Source: Bacteroidota bacterium (GTDB lineage Bacteria > Bacteroidota > Bacteroidia > Bacteroidales > JADFUO01). From it: a DNA stretch of 33,771 bases. Location: positions 1-33,771 of the forward strand of contig JAUWSB010000003.1 in the NCBI GenBank assembly GCA_030610255.1. Reading direction: 5' to 3'. Positions 1 through 8,835 of this stretch are shown one piece after another. Under the pieces are notes generated by a model, which was not told the DNA's origin, made no database searches, and was given only the letters and a program-made list of their open reading frames with translations. Every line of letters starts with the position of its first letter. Position 1 is the first letter of the stretch. The position numbers and the translations under genes are program-made.

Positions 1-894
1 AATGAATGCTTCCAGTTCGGCAAACCCTTCTTTAACCCCTTCGGCTATTGCTTCCTGAACTTCCGGGCTGAATTTATTGATATCGAATTTGTCGCCGGTA
101 CCCAAGCCGATTTTTGCAAACCGTTTCATCAATTCCTTTTCATCCAGATGTATACTTGCAAGGCTTAGCATAAAATTGATGTATTCAAAAGCGCCAACAT
201 TAAACTGGCTTTCTTCTTTCCATTCGGGAAATGTAATATTTGCCGGGGGTGCAGGGGTTTCTGTTCCCAGAAATGTACTTAATGGTTCAAACCTGTAAGC
301 ATCCTGAATAGCCTTCACATTCTTTATGTCTTCGGGATTGAACAGTTGGGTGCGAACAACAGAAAAAAGAAATTGTGTTTCGCACGGAATTACTTCTGTT
401 ATTCCTTCAGGTTTTTCGCCTTTCCAACCAGGACTTGTGATAAGGTAATTTCCAGGCTTATTACCGGTAGCAACCGTGCTGACATAGGCAAAATTGTGCG
501 TATATAAATCAATGAGTTGTACCTGGAAGAAACGGTCTTCTTCCATTTCAGGAACAGTGAGCACAAGTGATTCGCTGCGCAAATCACCCCAAAACATGCA
601 ATATGGAGTATCTGAATTAGGGGTAACAACTGCTTTGTCTGCCGGTGTGTAAACTCTGGCTGCACATGCTAAATAGTTGAACGGCCCTTTATATTCGGGC
701 GAGTTTTCATCAATCACATACATGTACATGGTTTTGTAATTCACCACCATAGGGAAACCATAGATATAGGCTTCTTTGGCAATGGCTTTTGCCTCTTCGG
801 TTGTTACTTTTACTTCTTGTTTGCACGATGCAAACGTTGATAACAAGATTACTACAAGGGTAATCACTTTTGTTATTAATTTTAATTTTTTCAT
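1..894 (-). CDS. DUF1254/DUF1214-family lipoprotein, 3' end outside window (not in ORF track)
   Basis: Hand translation from ATG at 894 stays open to position 1: MKKLKLITKVITLVVILLSTFASC (lipobox), EAYIYGFPMV, VVTPNSDTPY, QLIDLYTHNFAY, PGWKGEKPEG, typical of DUF1254. Confidence 0.85.
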   Translation of the reverse strand, partial: MKKLKLITKVITLVVILLSTFASCKQEVKVTTEEAKAIAKEAYIYGFPMVVNYKTMYMYVIDENSPEYKGPFNYLACAARVYTPADKAVVTPNSDTPYCMFWGDLRSESLVLTVPEMEEDRFFQVQLIDLYTHNFAYVSTVATGNKPGNYLITSPGWKGEKPEGITEVIPCETQFLFSVVRTQLFNPEDIKNVKAIQDAYRFEPLSTFLGTETPAPPANITFPEWKEESQFNVGAFEYINFMLSLASIHLDEKELMKRFAKIGLGTGDKFDINKFSPEVQEAIAEGVKEGFAELEAFI

Positions 895-980
895 TGTTTC
901 AATTGTTATGTTACTTAATTATCTAATTTTAAATACTAGAATCGGAATTAATCCTATATATCTACAAAAGCTAGTTGCAA

Positions 981-2468
981 TCATTCGCCAACCTTCTCTA
1001 TATCCGGTAATTCCCAGCTTCTATCAAAATAAGGTTCAAGAGGTGCATACAATCGCAAGTAAGCAAAAAATCCTTGATCTGGAACCGTAGGTATCCAGTT
1101 TTGTTCTTTGCCTTCCGGTGCTTCCGGTCCAAAATACAAATCAACCGAACCATCTTCATTGGTCAGTAAATCCATTCTTGATGAACGATCGGCTATTTGT
1201 TGTTCGTTGTTAATCAAACAGCGTGTATCTACATCATAAAGTGTGATAGACCAAAACTGTTTTGCCGGTGGATTTGGAGGAATATGCAGTTTGTAGTTAT
1301 TGCTACCATCCAGCCAGTTTCCTTCACTATCTTTATAAGCACCAAGGTAAGCCTGACCAACCCCTGGAATTTCAGTAGCCATTGCCTGATTTGTTCCTAT
1401 AGCTTCATAGGTATATGCAGCCATTTCATCTATTTGGTGATAAAATTCGGTTTCGTGTGTCCAGTGCCAGATCATAACATATTTCCAATGCGTTTCAGCG
1501 CGATAATATACATCCTTAAATCGTTTTTCAAAGGTATTGGCTTTTGCCATTGCTTCACCCATCATTGCAGCTTCTGTCAATATCTTTTTTTGGCGTTCAT
1601 CAGGATTAAATGGCTTGCCTTTTTCAATGCCCAAAGGCTTAAGCATAGCCATCATTACGCGATCGTGCTCCTGAACTACTTCATTGTTAATAATGTCAGA
1701 CAATCTTTCCCAGTAAGCCATTCCTCTTGGCTGCACATGGCTCCATTCCCGATTGTTCGCATCAATAAATTTGGTTTCCGGAGGATTATTTCTTTCCGCA
1801 TATGGGTAAAGTTTCAGGCTACGAATCCAAGCTAAGCCTTTTTCATAGTCTGGATCGAGCGCACGAAGACCTAATCCAAAATTTTGCGATGGCATACGAA
1901 CCATAAAATAACCATTAACGTCCGGCATATCACTATCTGGAGGAACAATAAGGTATTTACCTCCCTTGCATTGGTCTGGTCCCATGGCACCCACATCCAT
2001 AATATTTAACTGCCAGAAATTGCTTATACCACCTGCGTTTAGTCCGGGCTGAAGCTCCAAAACAAGTGGACCGGTCTGAGCCAGATTCGCCAAAGAAAAA
2101 ACATAAGGAGTTGTTGCATTTGCAGTCAGAATTCCCAGTTTATCCTTGTAGGAGGTAAAAATTACAAAATCACCTTCGCCTGTACCAAAAACCTCTCTAT
2201 GTTCATTTTGCCATTCGGCAATAGATACAAAGGGAAGCCCCCATATATATGCCTGACAAGCACGTTGAAAATCCATTTCATCGTAAAGCATTTTTACGGT
2301 TTCATCGGTTGGATAACCATGTTCAAATGCATGGGAGAACTCAAGCTCCCCTATTCTTGTTTGAACTTTTGTTTGATCTGAACTATTTGTTTCAGTCGTA
2401 GTTGTTTGATTACAACTAAACAAGACAAATGCTGTAAGCAGGCTTAAAGCTAAAATTAAATTTTTCAT
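981..2468 (-). CDS. DUF1254/DUF1214-family lipoprotein
   Basis: Lipobox LFSC; DFQRACQAYIWGLP, LTANATTPY, GGKYLIVPP; C-terminal LDGSNNYKLH, FWSITLYD, DGSVDLYFGP, NWIPT, LRLYAP. Confidence 0.9.
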   Translation of the reverse strand: MKNLILALSLLTAFVLFSCNQTTTTETNSSDQTKVQTRIGELEFSHAFEHGYPTDETVKMLYDEMDFQRACQAYIWGLPFVSIAEWQNEHREVFGTGEGDFVIFTSYKDKLGILTANATTPYVFSLANLAQTGPLVLELQPGLNAGGISNFWQLNIMDVGAMGPDQCKGGKYLIVPPDSDMPDVNGYFMVRMPSQNFGLGLRALDPDYEKGLAWIRSLKLYPYAERNNPPETKFIDANNREWSHVQPRGMAYWERLSDIINNEVVQEHDRVMMAMLKPLGIEKGKPFNPDERQKKILTEAAMMGEAMAKANTFEKRFKDVYYRAETHWKYVMIWHWTHETEFYHQIDEMAAYTYEAIGTNQAMATEIPGVGQAYLGAYKDSEGNWLDGSNNYKLHIPPNPPAKQFWSITLYDVDTRCLINNEQQIADRSSRMDLLTNEDGSVDLYFGPEAPEGKEQNWIPTVPDQGFFAYLRLYAPLEPYFDRSWELPDIEKVGE

Positions 2469-2481
2469 AATTGATAGTGTA

Positions 2482-3861
2482 TTAATTTATTTTTTGAATT
2501 GCAGGCACATAATATTGATAAGTAAGTGCATCATCTTTTGGGACGTAAAGACGTAATGTCATCGCAAATGATTTCCCTTTTGCTACTGGCAACCAATTTG
2601 ACTCTGGTACACTTTGTGGCAACTCAGCTGCAAGAAATAGTTTTAATGAACCATCATCAGCATACTCAAATTCAGAAATGTTATTCAAATTATATTTATT
2701 AAGTTTATTAGGTATTACACGATAATCGGGCAAACTTAGCATAGTTAGAGACCAATATGCATTTACATGTTCTATTGGCAGGTCTTCTTTATTGAAATGC
2801 AACACATAAGTATTATCACCGTTCAAATCATCGCCATTTGAATCTTTTAAACCTAAATAATAAATTGCCTCTCTACTTGTATTTGCCCAAATGCCGGCAT
2901 AATTTGTAATTGTTCGTTGTAAAAAGTTTTCTTTAAAACCATCCATTACTTCTTCTGCAACAGTACTCCAACCGCCTTTTTTTGTCCCAAAGTTTTTTAT
3001 GCTGTTTAAAAAAGAAGGTATTGCTTTTATCTTGATTATTTCATCAATAGAATTTATGTTCTCATCACTTTTTTCCACAAAATCAGCAATGGCAAATACT
3101 TTCTTTTGCAATTCATCTGAATTCCCAACTGCATCGGGAGCACTTTTCAAAACTTGTACAACCATAGGTTTTTTAAACATATCAACCATAATAAGATCCT
3201 TGTTTGAGAACATTGGGATTTCAATTGCTTTTTCTATCTTCGGCTCCCCTGCTTTTATAATCTTAAAAGCCCTTTGCAAGGCCACAGCTCCCTCATCATC
3301 ACCTTGTCTTTCAACACGAGCAAGCATTTTGGCCTTTTTCGATGGGATATCAATACGTAAAGCACCTTCAGGGATTTCAGGGTTTGAGCCTTTTAAACAA
3401 ATGGCATATTTACCATAAGGGTGATCGGGAAAATTACGCTCATTGATGTTGTGAAGTATTTCCGCCCATTCATCCACAATTTGTGCGGTGTAATACCTGC
3501 CTTCAATTTTTGGAATTTCAAGAATAACCGGCGTATTTTCGTCTACTGCAAACCAGGCCTCCAGATAGGCCACATCCAGATTGGGATTCACAAATTCGGC
3601 CTTGCCCAGCTCGTTATATTTAATCACATTATAATCCACACCTTCTTCGGCCATGTCAATATGCTCTTGTCGTATTACAAGGTAGCGGGCTAAAGTGTAC
3701 ACCCAACTGTCAATTACTTCCTGTTCAGTTAAGCCCAAGCCTTTAATTACAGGGTTTTTGGTGTCCTTATCATCTTCGTTTGAGTTTTGATTTGATTGGT
3801 TGCATGAAATAGATAGAGCGAATACAGCCCCTAACAATAGAAAAATTTTTCTTATATTCAT
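2482..3861 (-). CDS. DUF1254/DUF1214-family lipoprotein
   Basis: Lipobox SISC; FVNPNLDVAY, GRYYTAQIVD, GIWANTSREAIY, LNGDNTYVLHF, YWSLTM, SNWLP, LRLYVP. Confidence 0.88.
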   Translation of the reverse strand: MNIRKIFLLLGAVFALSISCNQSNQNSNEDDKDTKNPVIKGLGLTEQEVIDSWVYTLARYLVIRQEHIDMAEEGVDYNVIKYNELGKAEFVNPNLDVAYLEAWFAVDENTPVILEIPKIEGRYYTAQIVDEWAEILHNINERNFPDHPYGKYAICLKGSNPEIPEGALRIDIPSKKAKMLARVERQGDDEGAVALQRAFKIIKAGEPKIEKAIEIPMFSNKDLIMVDMFKKPMVVQVLKSAPDAVGNSDELQKKVFAIADFVEKSDENINSIDEIIKIKAIPSFLNSIKNFGTKKGGWSTVAEEVMDGFKENFLQRTITNYAGIWANTSREAIYYLGLKDSNGDDLNGDNTYVLHFNKEDLPIEHVNAYWSLTMLSLPDYRVIPNKLNKYNLNNISEFEYADDGSLKLFLAAELPQSVPESNWLPVAKGKSFAMTLRLYVPKDDALTYQYYVPAIQKIN

Positions 3862-4119
3862 TTTTCTTAAATTTAGATTAGTTAAAATTGAATTTACTGT
3901 TTATTTTGGAAATAGCTTTTGTATTTGTAATCTTAATGTTAAGGTCATCTATTGGCTTTAAAATTTTCGATACTCCTTTTGTTTAGATCAGCATAAATTG
4001 CCGTAGTTTTTTTGTATTATGATAAGTGTATTTTTAATTGTTTTTCTATTGGTAAATATTTTATACCGATACGGAATGATTCCGATAGCTCGGAATACCA
4101 ATTTTAAGTTGTTGTTCCT

Positions 4120-4150
4120 ACCCGCCTGCCAAAGTAGTATGGCGGACAGG
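4120..4150. repeat. GC-rich small element ACCCGCCTGC-N13-CGGACAGG
   Basis: Both arms recur as the reverse complement at 29816-29835 with a 2-nt centre. Confidence 0.55.
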
Positions 4151-4158
4151 TCGGCATA

Positions 4159-4204
4159 ACTGCTTCTTATAAAAAAAACTTCACATTTTTAATAAGAGGC
4201 AGTA
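4159..4204. other. Intergenic stem-loop
   Basis: ACTGCTTCTTAT ... ATAAGAGGCAGT 12-bp stem with one mismatch, extended by A/T runs. Confidence 0.45.
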
Positions 4205-4257
4205 TAAAAGCAGCTTGCAAAATAATGCCTGTCAAGTTTCAATTTCATTTTAAGTGG

Positions 4258-4265
4258 CAAATATA
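4258..4265 (-). promoter_or_regulatory. Candidate Bacteroidetes -7 box for the DUF1254 genes
   Basis: CAAATATA = TATATTTG on the minus strand (TAnnTTTG), about 400 bp upstream of 3861. Confidence 0.3.
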
Positions 4266-4387
4266 GAATAAAAATTAAAAACATATCATTTTTGGAAATA
4301 TATTTTATTAAGCAGTTAGTAAATAACTGAAGGTTCTATTTTATTTTAAAATCCGTTTTTGCAATACCGTGAATATTGAATTTTTAA

Positions 4388-4427
4388 TATATTTGAAAGA
4401 TAGTATTTTTAATATTTGTTATATTTG
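4388..4427 (+). promoter_or_regulatory. Candidate -7 boxes for the Omp85 gene
   Basis: TATATTTG at 4388-4395 and again at 4420-4427. Confidence 0.45.
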
Positions 4428-4506
4428 AAGAAATTATTGATAAAATACATGGACCGAATAATCAATTAAAAACCTATATAAACTAAAATGTTTTTAACTT
4501 TGTTTT

Positions 4507-5661
4507 ATGAAAAAATTCATTGATCATAAATTGATTTATATAGTACTATTTTTTTTAATAAATGTTTATGCCTTTTCTCAAACACAGATATCTCAAAGTA
4601 CAAAGCAACAAGACACCTTAAAATCATCTTTTGATCGCTTTAATGCTAAAGCGGAACGTCTTTTTAAAATCATTCCTGTACCGTTTGTTACTTATACACA
4701 GGAAACGGGCACATTATTCGGACTTTCCAAATTTAATCTCTTTCGTCTGTCAAAAGAAGATACAATTTCCCAACCCTCAAAAGTAGTTGGTAGTATCACT
4801 GTTTCAACCAATGGATATATGTCGATGGGCGGAGGTACAGTTTTTAATTTCGGTAAAGGTCAATATTATATTATTACAGGATTCGGTGTAAAACAATTCC
4901 CTGAGTACATATTAGGTATTGGAAATGATGTTAGTATAGATAATGTTGAGTTAACGATAGTTTCAGAATGGTTAATAAAATTCAATGCCTTACATGAAGC
5001 CAAAGAAAACTTCTATGTAGGTATCAATTATGATTTTGCCAATTACTGGGATATTGAGAAAGAGGATAGCAGTTTTCTTATAATTAATAACATTACGGGA
5101 GCCAATGGAGGTATTATATCCGGTTTTGGGCCGTCAATTATTTATGATAGCAGAGACAACCGGTATAATGCGTCAAAAGGTGTTTTTTTCCTGGCATCCT
5201 ATTCTACATTTCAAAAATTTACCGGATCAGATTTTATTTTCAATTCCATAAAAATTGATTTCAGGAAATATTTCAATCCCTGGCTTAAACATGTCATTGC
5301 ATTCCAGATCGCGAATGATTATCATTATGGCAATGTACCCTATTTCCATCTGTCTTTAATGGGTGGAAGTGACAGAATGCGTGGTTATTACAAAGGTGCT
5401 GTTCGCGATAAACTATTAATAGACAGCCAGATTGCTTACCGAATGCCCGTTTGGAAAATATTCGGCCTTGCAGCTTTTTTCGGTGCAGGAAGAGTTTATC
5501 CAGATTATGAATACCTTACTTTCAAAGACTTATATTATGCTGGAGGTGTGGGTTTAAGAATTAGGGTTGATAGTGAGAATAATACAAACCTGAGACTGGA
5601 TTTTGCATACGGAAAAGATGGTGTTTGTTCAGTTATTTTTGGCTTTGCTGAAGCCTTTTAG
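4507..5661 (+). CDS. BamA/TamA (Omp85) family outer-membrane beta-barrel lacking POTRA domains
   Basis: Signal peptide; YDSRDN, LMGGSDRMRGY (VRGY-like loop 6), GGVGLR, LRLDFAYG, C-terminal Phe (FGFAEAF); only 384 aa. Confidence 0.85.
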   Translation: MKKFIDHKLIYIVLFFLINVYAFSQTQISQSTKQQDTLKSSFDRFNAKAERLFKIIPVPFVTYTQETGTLFGLSKFNLFRLSKEDTISQPSKVVGSITVSTNGYMSMGGGTVFNFGKGQYYIITGFGVKQFPEYILGIGNDVSIDNVELTIVSEWLIKFNALHEAKENFYVGINYDFANYWDIEKEDSSFLIINNITGANGGIISGFGPSIIYDSRDNRYNASKGVFFLASYSTFQKFTGSDFIFNSIKIDFRKYFNPWLKHVIAFQIANDYHYGNVPYFHLSLMGGSDRMRGYYKGAVRDKLLIDSQIAYRMPVWKIFGLAAFFGAGRVYPDYEYLTFKDLYYAGGVGLRIRVDSENNTNLRLDFAYGKDGVCSVIFGFAEAF

Positions 5662-5675
5662 TTCGCATATATTAT

Positions 5676-5821
5676 CAGTCCCCAGTCTTAAATCTTCAGT
5701 CCTCAGTCTTCAGTTCCCAGTCTTCAGTCCCCGGTCCTCAGTCTTCAGTCTATTAATCGCCTACTGTCGACTTCTGACTGCCGATTGCCGACTACTGACT
5801 GCCGACTATGGACTGTTGACT
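5676..5821. repeat. Degenerate heptamer array with inverted arms (CAGTCYT)n / (GACTGCC)n
   Basis: Seen directly; core 5734-5784 matches 8560-8610 at 48/51 nt. Confidence 0.85.
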
Positions 5822-5923
5822 ACAAACAGTTCTATTTTTAAAATGTATCAATTTATCCCGCTTTTAGTATAAGTTGACAATTCTTATACCAAAATGGTTG
5901 GATTCACCTTTTATATTTTTTCT

Positions 5924-6072
5924 ATCTGTGATAATCCGTGTCATCCGTGTTCTATTCATTAAAAAATGTTCAATATTCTGTGGTGTTTTTTCTTAGTTTT
6001 AAGAAGTCTAAACATAGACTTAACCCAGATAAAATGGAAATTACAAATATCAAATTACAAACATCAAATAAA
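5924..6072. repeat. Short 9-mer (ATCCGTGTC-like) and 7-mer (CAAATTA/CAAATAT) tandem remnants
   Basis: atctgtgataatccgtgtcatccgtgttc at 5924-5952; aaattacaaatatcaaattacaaacatcaaat at about 6038-6069. Confidence 0.5.
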
Positions 6073-6119
6073 CCCTGTAAAATTTGCAAAGCGACTATTC
6101 AACAGGATAAACTTGCGAA

Positions 6120-7478
6120 TCATTTTTGAACATTGCTTGTTTTTGTGAGTTCTGATTCTTTTGGAGCCCCAATGTTGAACAACTGATTTAAAATAATAGC
6201 AAGTACTGTTGAGAGAGTTAGTGAAGACGCAAAAACCGGGCTTAGCCAGGATGGAACATTTGAATAAAGGTCTGGAAGAATGATGGCGCTAAGACCGAAC
6301 ACAAATGAAATTCCGATTATAAATGTTTTTCTTACATTCATTTTGCTGGATACCAATATCTGAATGCCGGAGATTACCATAAAGCAAGTTACAAAAATCA
6401 CGATTGCGCCCATTACGGGGCCGGGCATGATGCTAAAAATAGTTGTAAATTTAGGCATAAAAGCAAGGCAAATAAAAATTCCACCTGCATAATAAGCAAT
6501 TCGCCTGCTAGTTGCAGAAGTGGCTACTGATAAACCCACATTGCTTGCCGAGGTATCGACAGCCATGCCACCCAATAGTCCGCTTAAAGTCACACTGATA
6601 CCATCTGCAAACAATCCATTACCAATGTTTTTCATGTCTGTTTCTTTCCAGTTCTTGTTGTTTATTTTCTGACAAGTAGTCAAATTCCCGAAGGTCTTTA
6701 AACTGGCACATAACGAAACAATCAGGAAAGGAAATACCAGTGTCCAGTCGATTGCAAATTTAAAATGTTCAACACCTTTACCGGGCAATGCAAACCACGA
6801 AGCATCGGCCAATGTATTTAAATCGGATACGGAAAGAACTCCGAATAAATAGGATAATATGTAACCTAAACACATTCCTATAAGCACACAGTAGAGTTTT
6901 AGCTTACCTTTGCTCCATATATTCAATCCAATCATCGTAAACAGGGTAATGCTTGCTATTAGTAGTTTTTTAGTATTGATGGCATCACCGGCATATTCAA
7001 TTCCTACAAATTTTGAAGACCCCAGCGGGATCAATAAGATAGCAACCATCAGAACAACGAGACCTGATATTTCAATTGGAAACAGCTTCTTCAACTTGTG
7101 AACAACTCTTGATAGGATGCACTCAAAAACGCCCGCCAACATGGTCATTCCATGCATCAGCGGTAATCCTCCAAGCCATGCTGCCTGTAATGAAATCGAC
7201 ATATATGAAGGACCACAAAGATTGGGACAAAGATATCCCGAACCAATTATCCCCTTTTTTATTCCCTGAATAATTGTTCCGGTTCCGGCTGCAATCATTG
7301 AGAAACAAACAAAACTCTGCAATACTGCAAAATTTACTCCTATCTCCCTGGCGATAATTACCGGTAAAACAAGTGTACTGAACATTGTGAATACATGCTG
7401 CAAACCAAGTAAAAACGATACAGCAAAAGGGGGTTTGTCGTCAACGCCATAAATGAGATTTTCCGGTTTAGCAATCAT
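6120..7478 (-). CDS. NCS2 (xanthine/uracil/ascorbate) family permease
   Basis: YGVDDKPP, LGLQHVFTM (TM1 QH), many TM helices, GLFADG, signature-like SNVGLSVATS, MPGPVMG; start moved to ATG 7478 to avoid overlap with the upstream gene. Confidence 0.9.
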   Translation of the reverse strand: MIAKPENLIYGVDDKPPFAVSFLLGLQHVFTMFSTLVLPVIIAREIGVNFAVLQSFVCFSMIAAGTGTIIQGIKKGIIGSGYLCPNLCGPSYMSISLQAAWLGGLPLMHGMTMLAGVFECILSRVVHKLKKLFPIEISGLVVLMVAILLIPLGSSKFVGIEYAGDAINTKKLLIASITLFTMIGLNIWSKGKLKLYCVLIGMCLGYILSYLFGVLSVSDLNTLADASWFALPGKGVEHFKFAIDWTLVFPFLIVSLCASLKTFGNLTTCQKINNKNWKETDMKNIGNGLFADGISVTLSGLLGGMAVDTSASNVGLSVATSATSRRIAYYAGGIFICLAFMPKFTTIFSIMPGPVMGAIVIFVTCFMVISGIQILVSSKMNVRKTFIIGISFVFGLSAIILPDLYSNVPSWLSPVFASSLTLSTVLAIILNQLFNIGAPKESELTKTSNVQK

Positions 7479-7494
7479 ATTGAGACAATTAAAT

Positions 7495-8409
7495 TTATTT
7501 CCAGATTGGGTCCACAATAAACAAGCCTGAGCCTACAATTACATTTTCTTTTCCAACTTTAACTTTTCGTATATAAAGTGTCTTTTTTGAAAGTTTTGTT
7601 TGTCCGGGTCGGGGCCATAAATAAAGGAGAAATGCTTTGTTCTTATCTTTGAGCTTATCAATTATCTCTTTTACAACATATTTTCCTATCGCATCCTGAA
7701 AACCAATCAAATTCCTTTCTTTAATACCGGGAAATGCAGGATCAACAATAGCTTTTCCATCAAAGGAGATTACAAACATATAAACATCGGAAAAATAAAA
7801 AATACTGGATTTATCAATAAGTTTTTCATAAGCAGCCTTTCCTTCTTTTTCAATAAGATGTGCTGCGGAATCAACAATATCAACTATAAATTTTCTTTCA
7901 GTTCGAATATCGTAGGTTCCACTTCCTATGGCATACGGTTTCCCCTGCGGATCCTCAACACGAACAATATAGGCACTTTTCCAAAAAGGAAAAATCTCGT
8001 CGCTTTCTGCCCATAAATAATGAACCCAGCCTTTAGGTTTCAGGGTGTCGGAAGCAATGTTAATAATAAAACGAATCACTGGCTTACCATTCATATCGCA
8101 CATATCAATCATGTTTTTACCGACAAACTCTTTCTCAATGGGATGAAAAATACATTTGCCTTCAAGATCATAAATAAAGAGGTACTTGTTTCCTTTAAAC
8201 CATTTGCTTCCCTTATCGCTAAACTTTGCGAAAGACTCTGTTCCTTTTTGTGAAAAAACCTTTGCTGCCGATTCAACAAATTCAATCAGGTTTATGGTTT
8301 CTTCAAACTGATACTCAGATTGTGCTGTTTGAGATGTAGCACTAAAAAAAGAAATGATGAATATAAAAAGAGTTTGTAATGTTATCTTACATTGTATCAT
8401 AATAAACAT
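7495..8409 (-). CDS. Stand-alone secreted protein with two tandem Cache (sCache_2-like) domains
   Basis: Signal peptide; two units: YLFIYDLEG..HP..GKNM..DMNGK..GWVHYLW..IGSG and YMFVISFDG..RNL..DAIGK..YLWPRPG..VGSG; no second TM or output domain. Confidence 0.8.
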   Translation of the reverse strand: MFIMIQCKITLQTLFIFIISFFSATSQTAQSEYQFEETINLIEFVESAAKVFSQKGTESFAKFSDKGSKWFKGNKYLFIYDLEGKCIFHPIEKEFVGKNMIDMCDMNGKPVIRFIINIASDTLKPKGWVHYLWAESDEIFPFWKSAYIVRVEDPQGKPYAIGSGTYDIRTERKFIVDIVDSAAHLIEKEGKAAYEKLIDKSSIFYFSDVYMFVISFDGKAIVDPAFPGIKERNLIGFQDAIGKYVVKEIIDKLKDKNKAFLLYLWPRPGQTKLSKKTLYIRKVKVGKENVIVGSGLFIVDPIWK

Positions 8410-8420
8410 AAATTAATAAA

Positions 8421-8428
8421 CAAATGTA
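8421..8428 (-). promoter_or_regulatory. -7 box for the Cache-NCS2 pair
   Basis: CAAATGTA = TACATTTG on the minus strand just upstream of the start codon. Confidence 0.5.
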
Positions 8429-8558
8429 AAAAATTCTGTGGACAAACAAACCTGAATAATTCACAAATTTTACCATCATCATATTATATAAGGTTTAATC
8501 AACCGATTTAGAGATAAAGTTAAAAAAAAATAATTTTAAAAACTTAAATTGAATTATT

Positions 8559-8626
8559 AGTCTTCAGTCTTCAGCCTATTAATCGCCTACTGTCGACTGC
8601 TGACTGCCGACTGAGGACTGCCGACT
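8559..8626. repeat. Second copy of the CAGTC/GACTG heptamer element
   Basis: gtcttcagtcttcagcctattaatcgcctactgtcgactgctgactgccgactgaggactgccgact. Confidence 0.85.
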
Positions 8627-8802
8627 TTTTAACTATCACTTAAGCTAATTTGTTTGCAGCTTTGCTGCGTTATTATTTACACAAATAACCTGATTGTTGT
8701 TTTATTATATAAAAACCATGCATGAGTTTAAAAATTAGTAATAAATCTTGGAAAATACGGATGTCAAAGAATATACTATTTCGTACTTCGCATTTTTTAT
8801 AT

Positions 8803-8810
8803 TAACTTTG
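8803..8810 (+). promoter_or_regulatory. -7 box for the porin-family gene
   Basis: TAACTTTG 25 bp upstream of ATG 8836. Confidence 0.55.
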
Positions 8811-8835
8811 CAGAAGTATTCAAAAAAAATAAATT

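Noticed and set aside
3862-4506. Possible riboswitch or small gene in the long DUF1254-Omp85 gap
   Set aside because: Only generic hairpins were seen; no aptamer consensus or credible ORF was recognised by eye (an Rfam scan would settle it)
5603-5872. 89-aa ORF (SLQFPVFS..CRLLTAD repeats)
   Set aside because: It is the translation of the heptamer array and overlaps the Omp85 3' end
7479-7517. Extended N-terminus of the NCS2 ORF as given in the track
   Set aside because: It overlaps the Cache gene; ATG 7478 gives a typical NCS2 start
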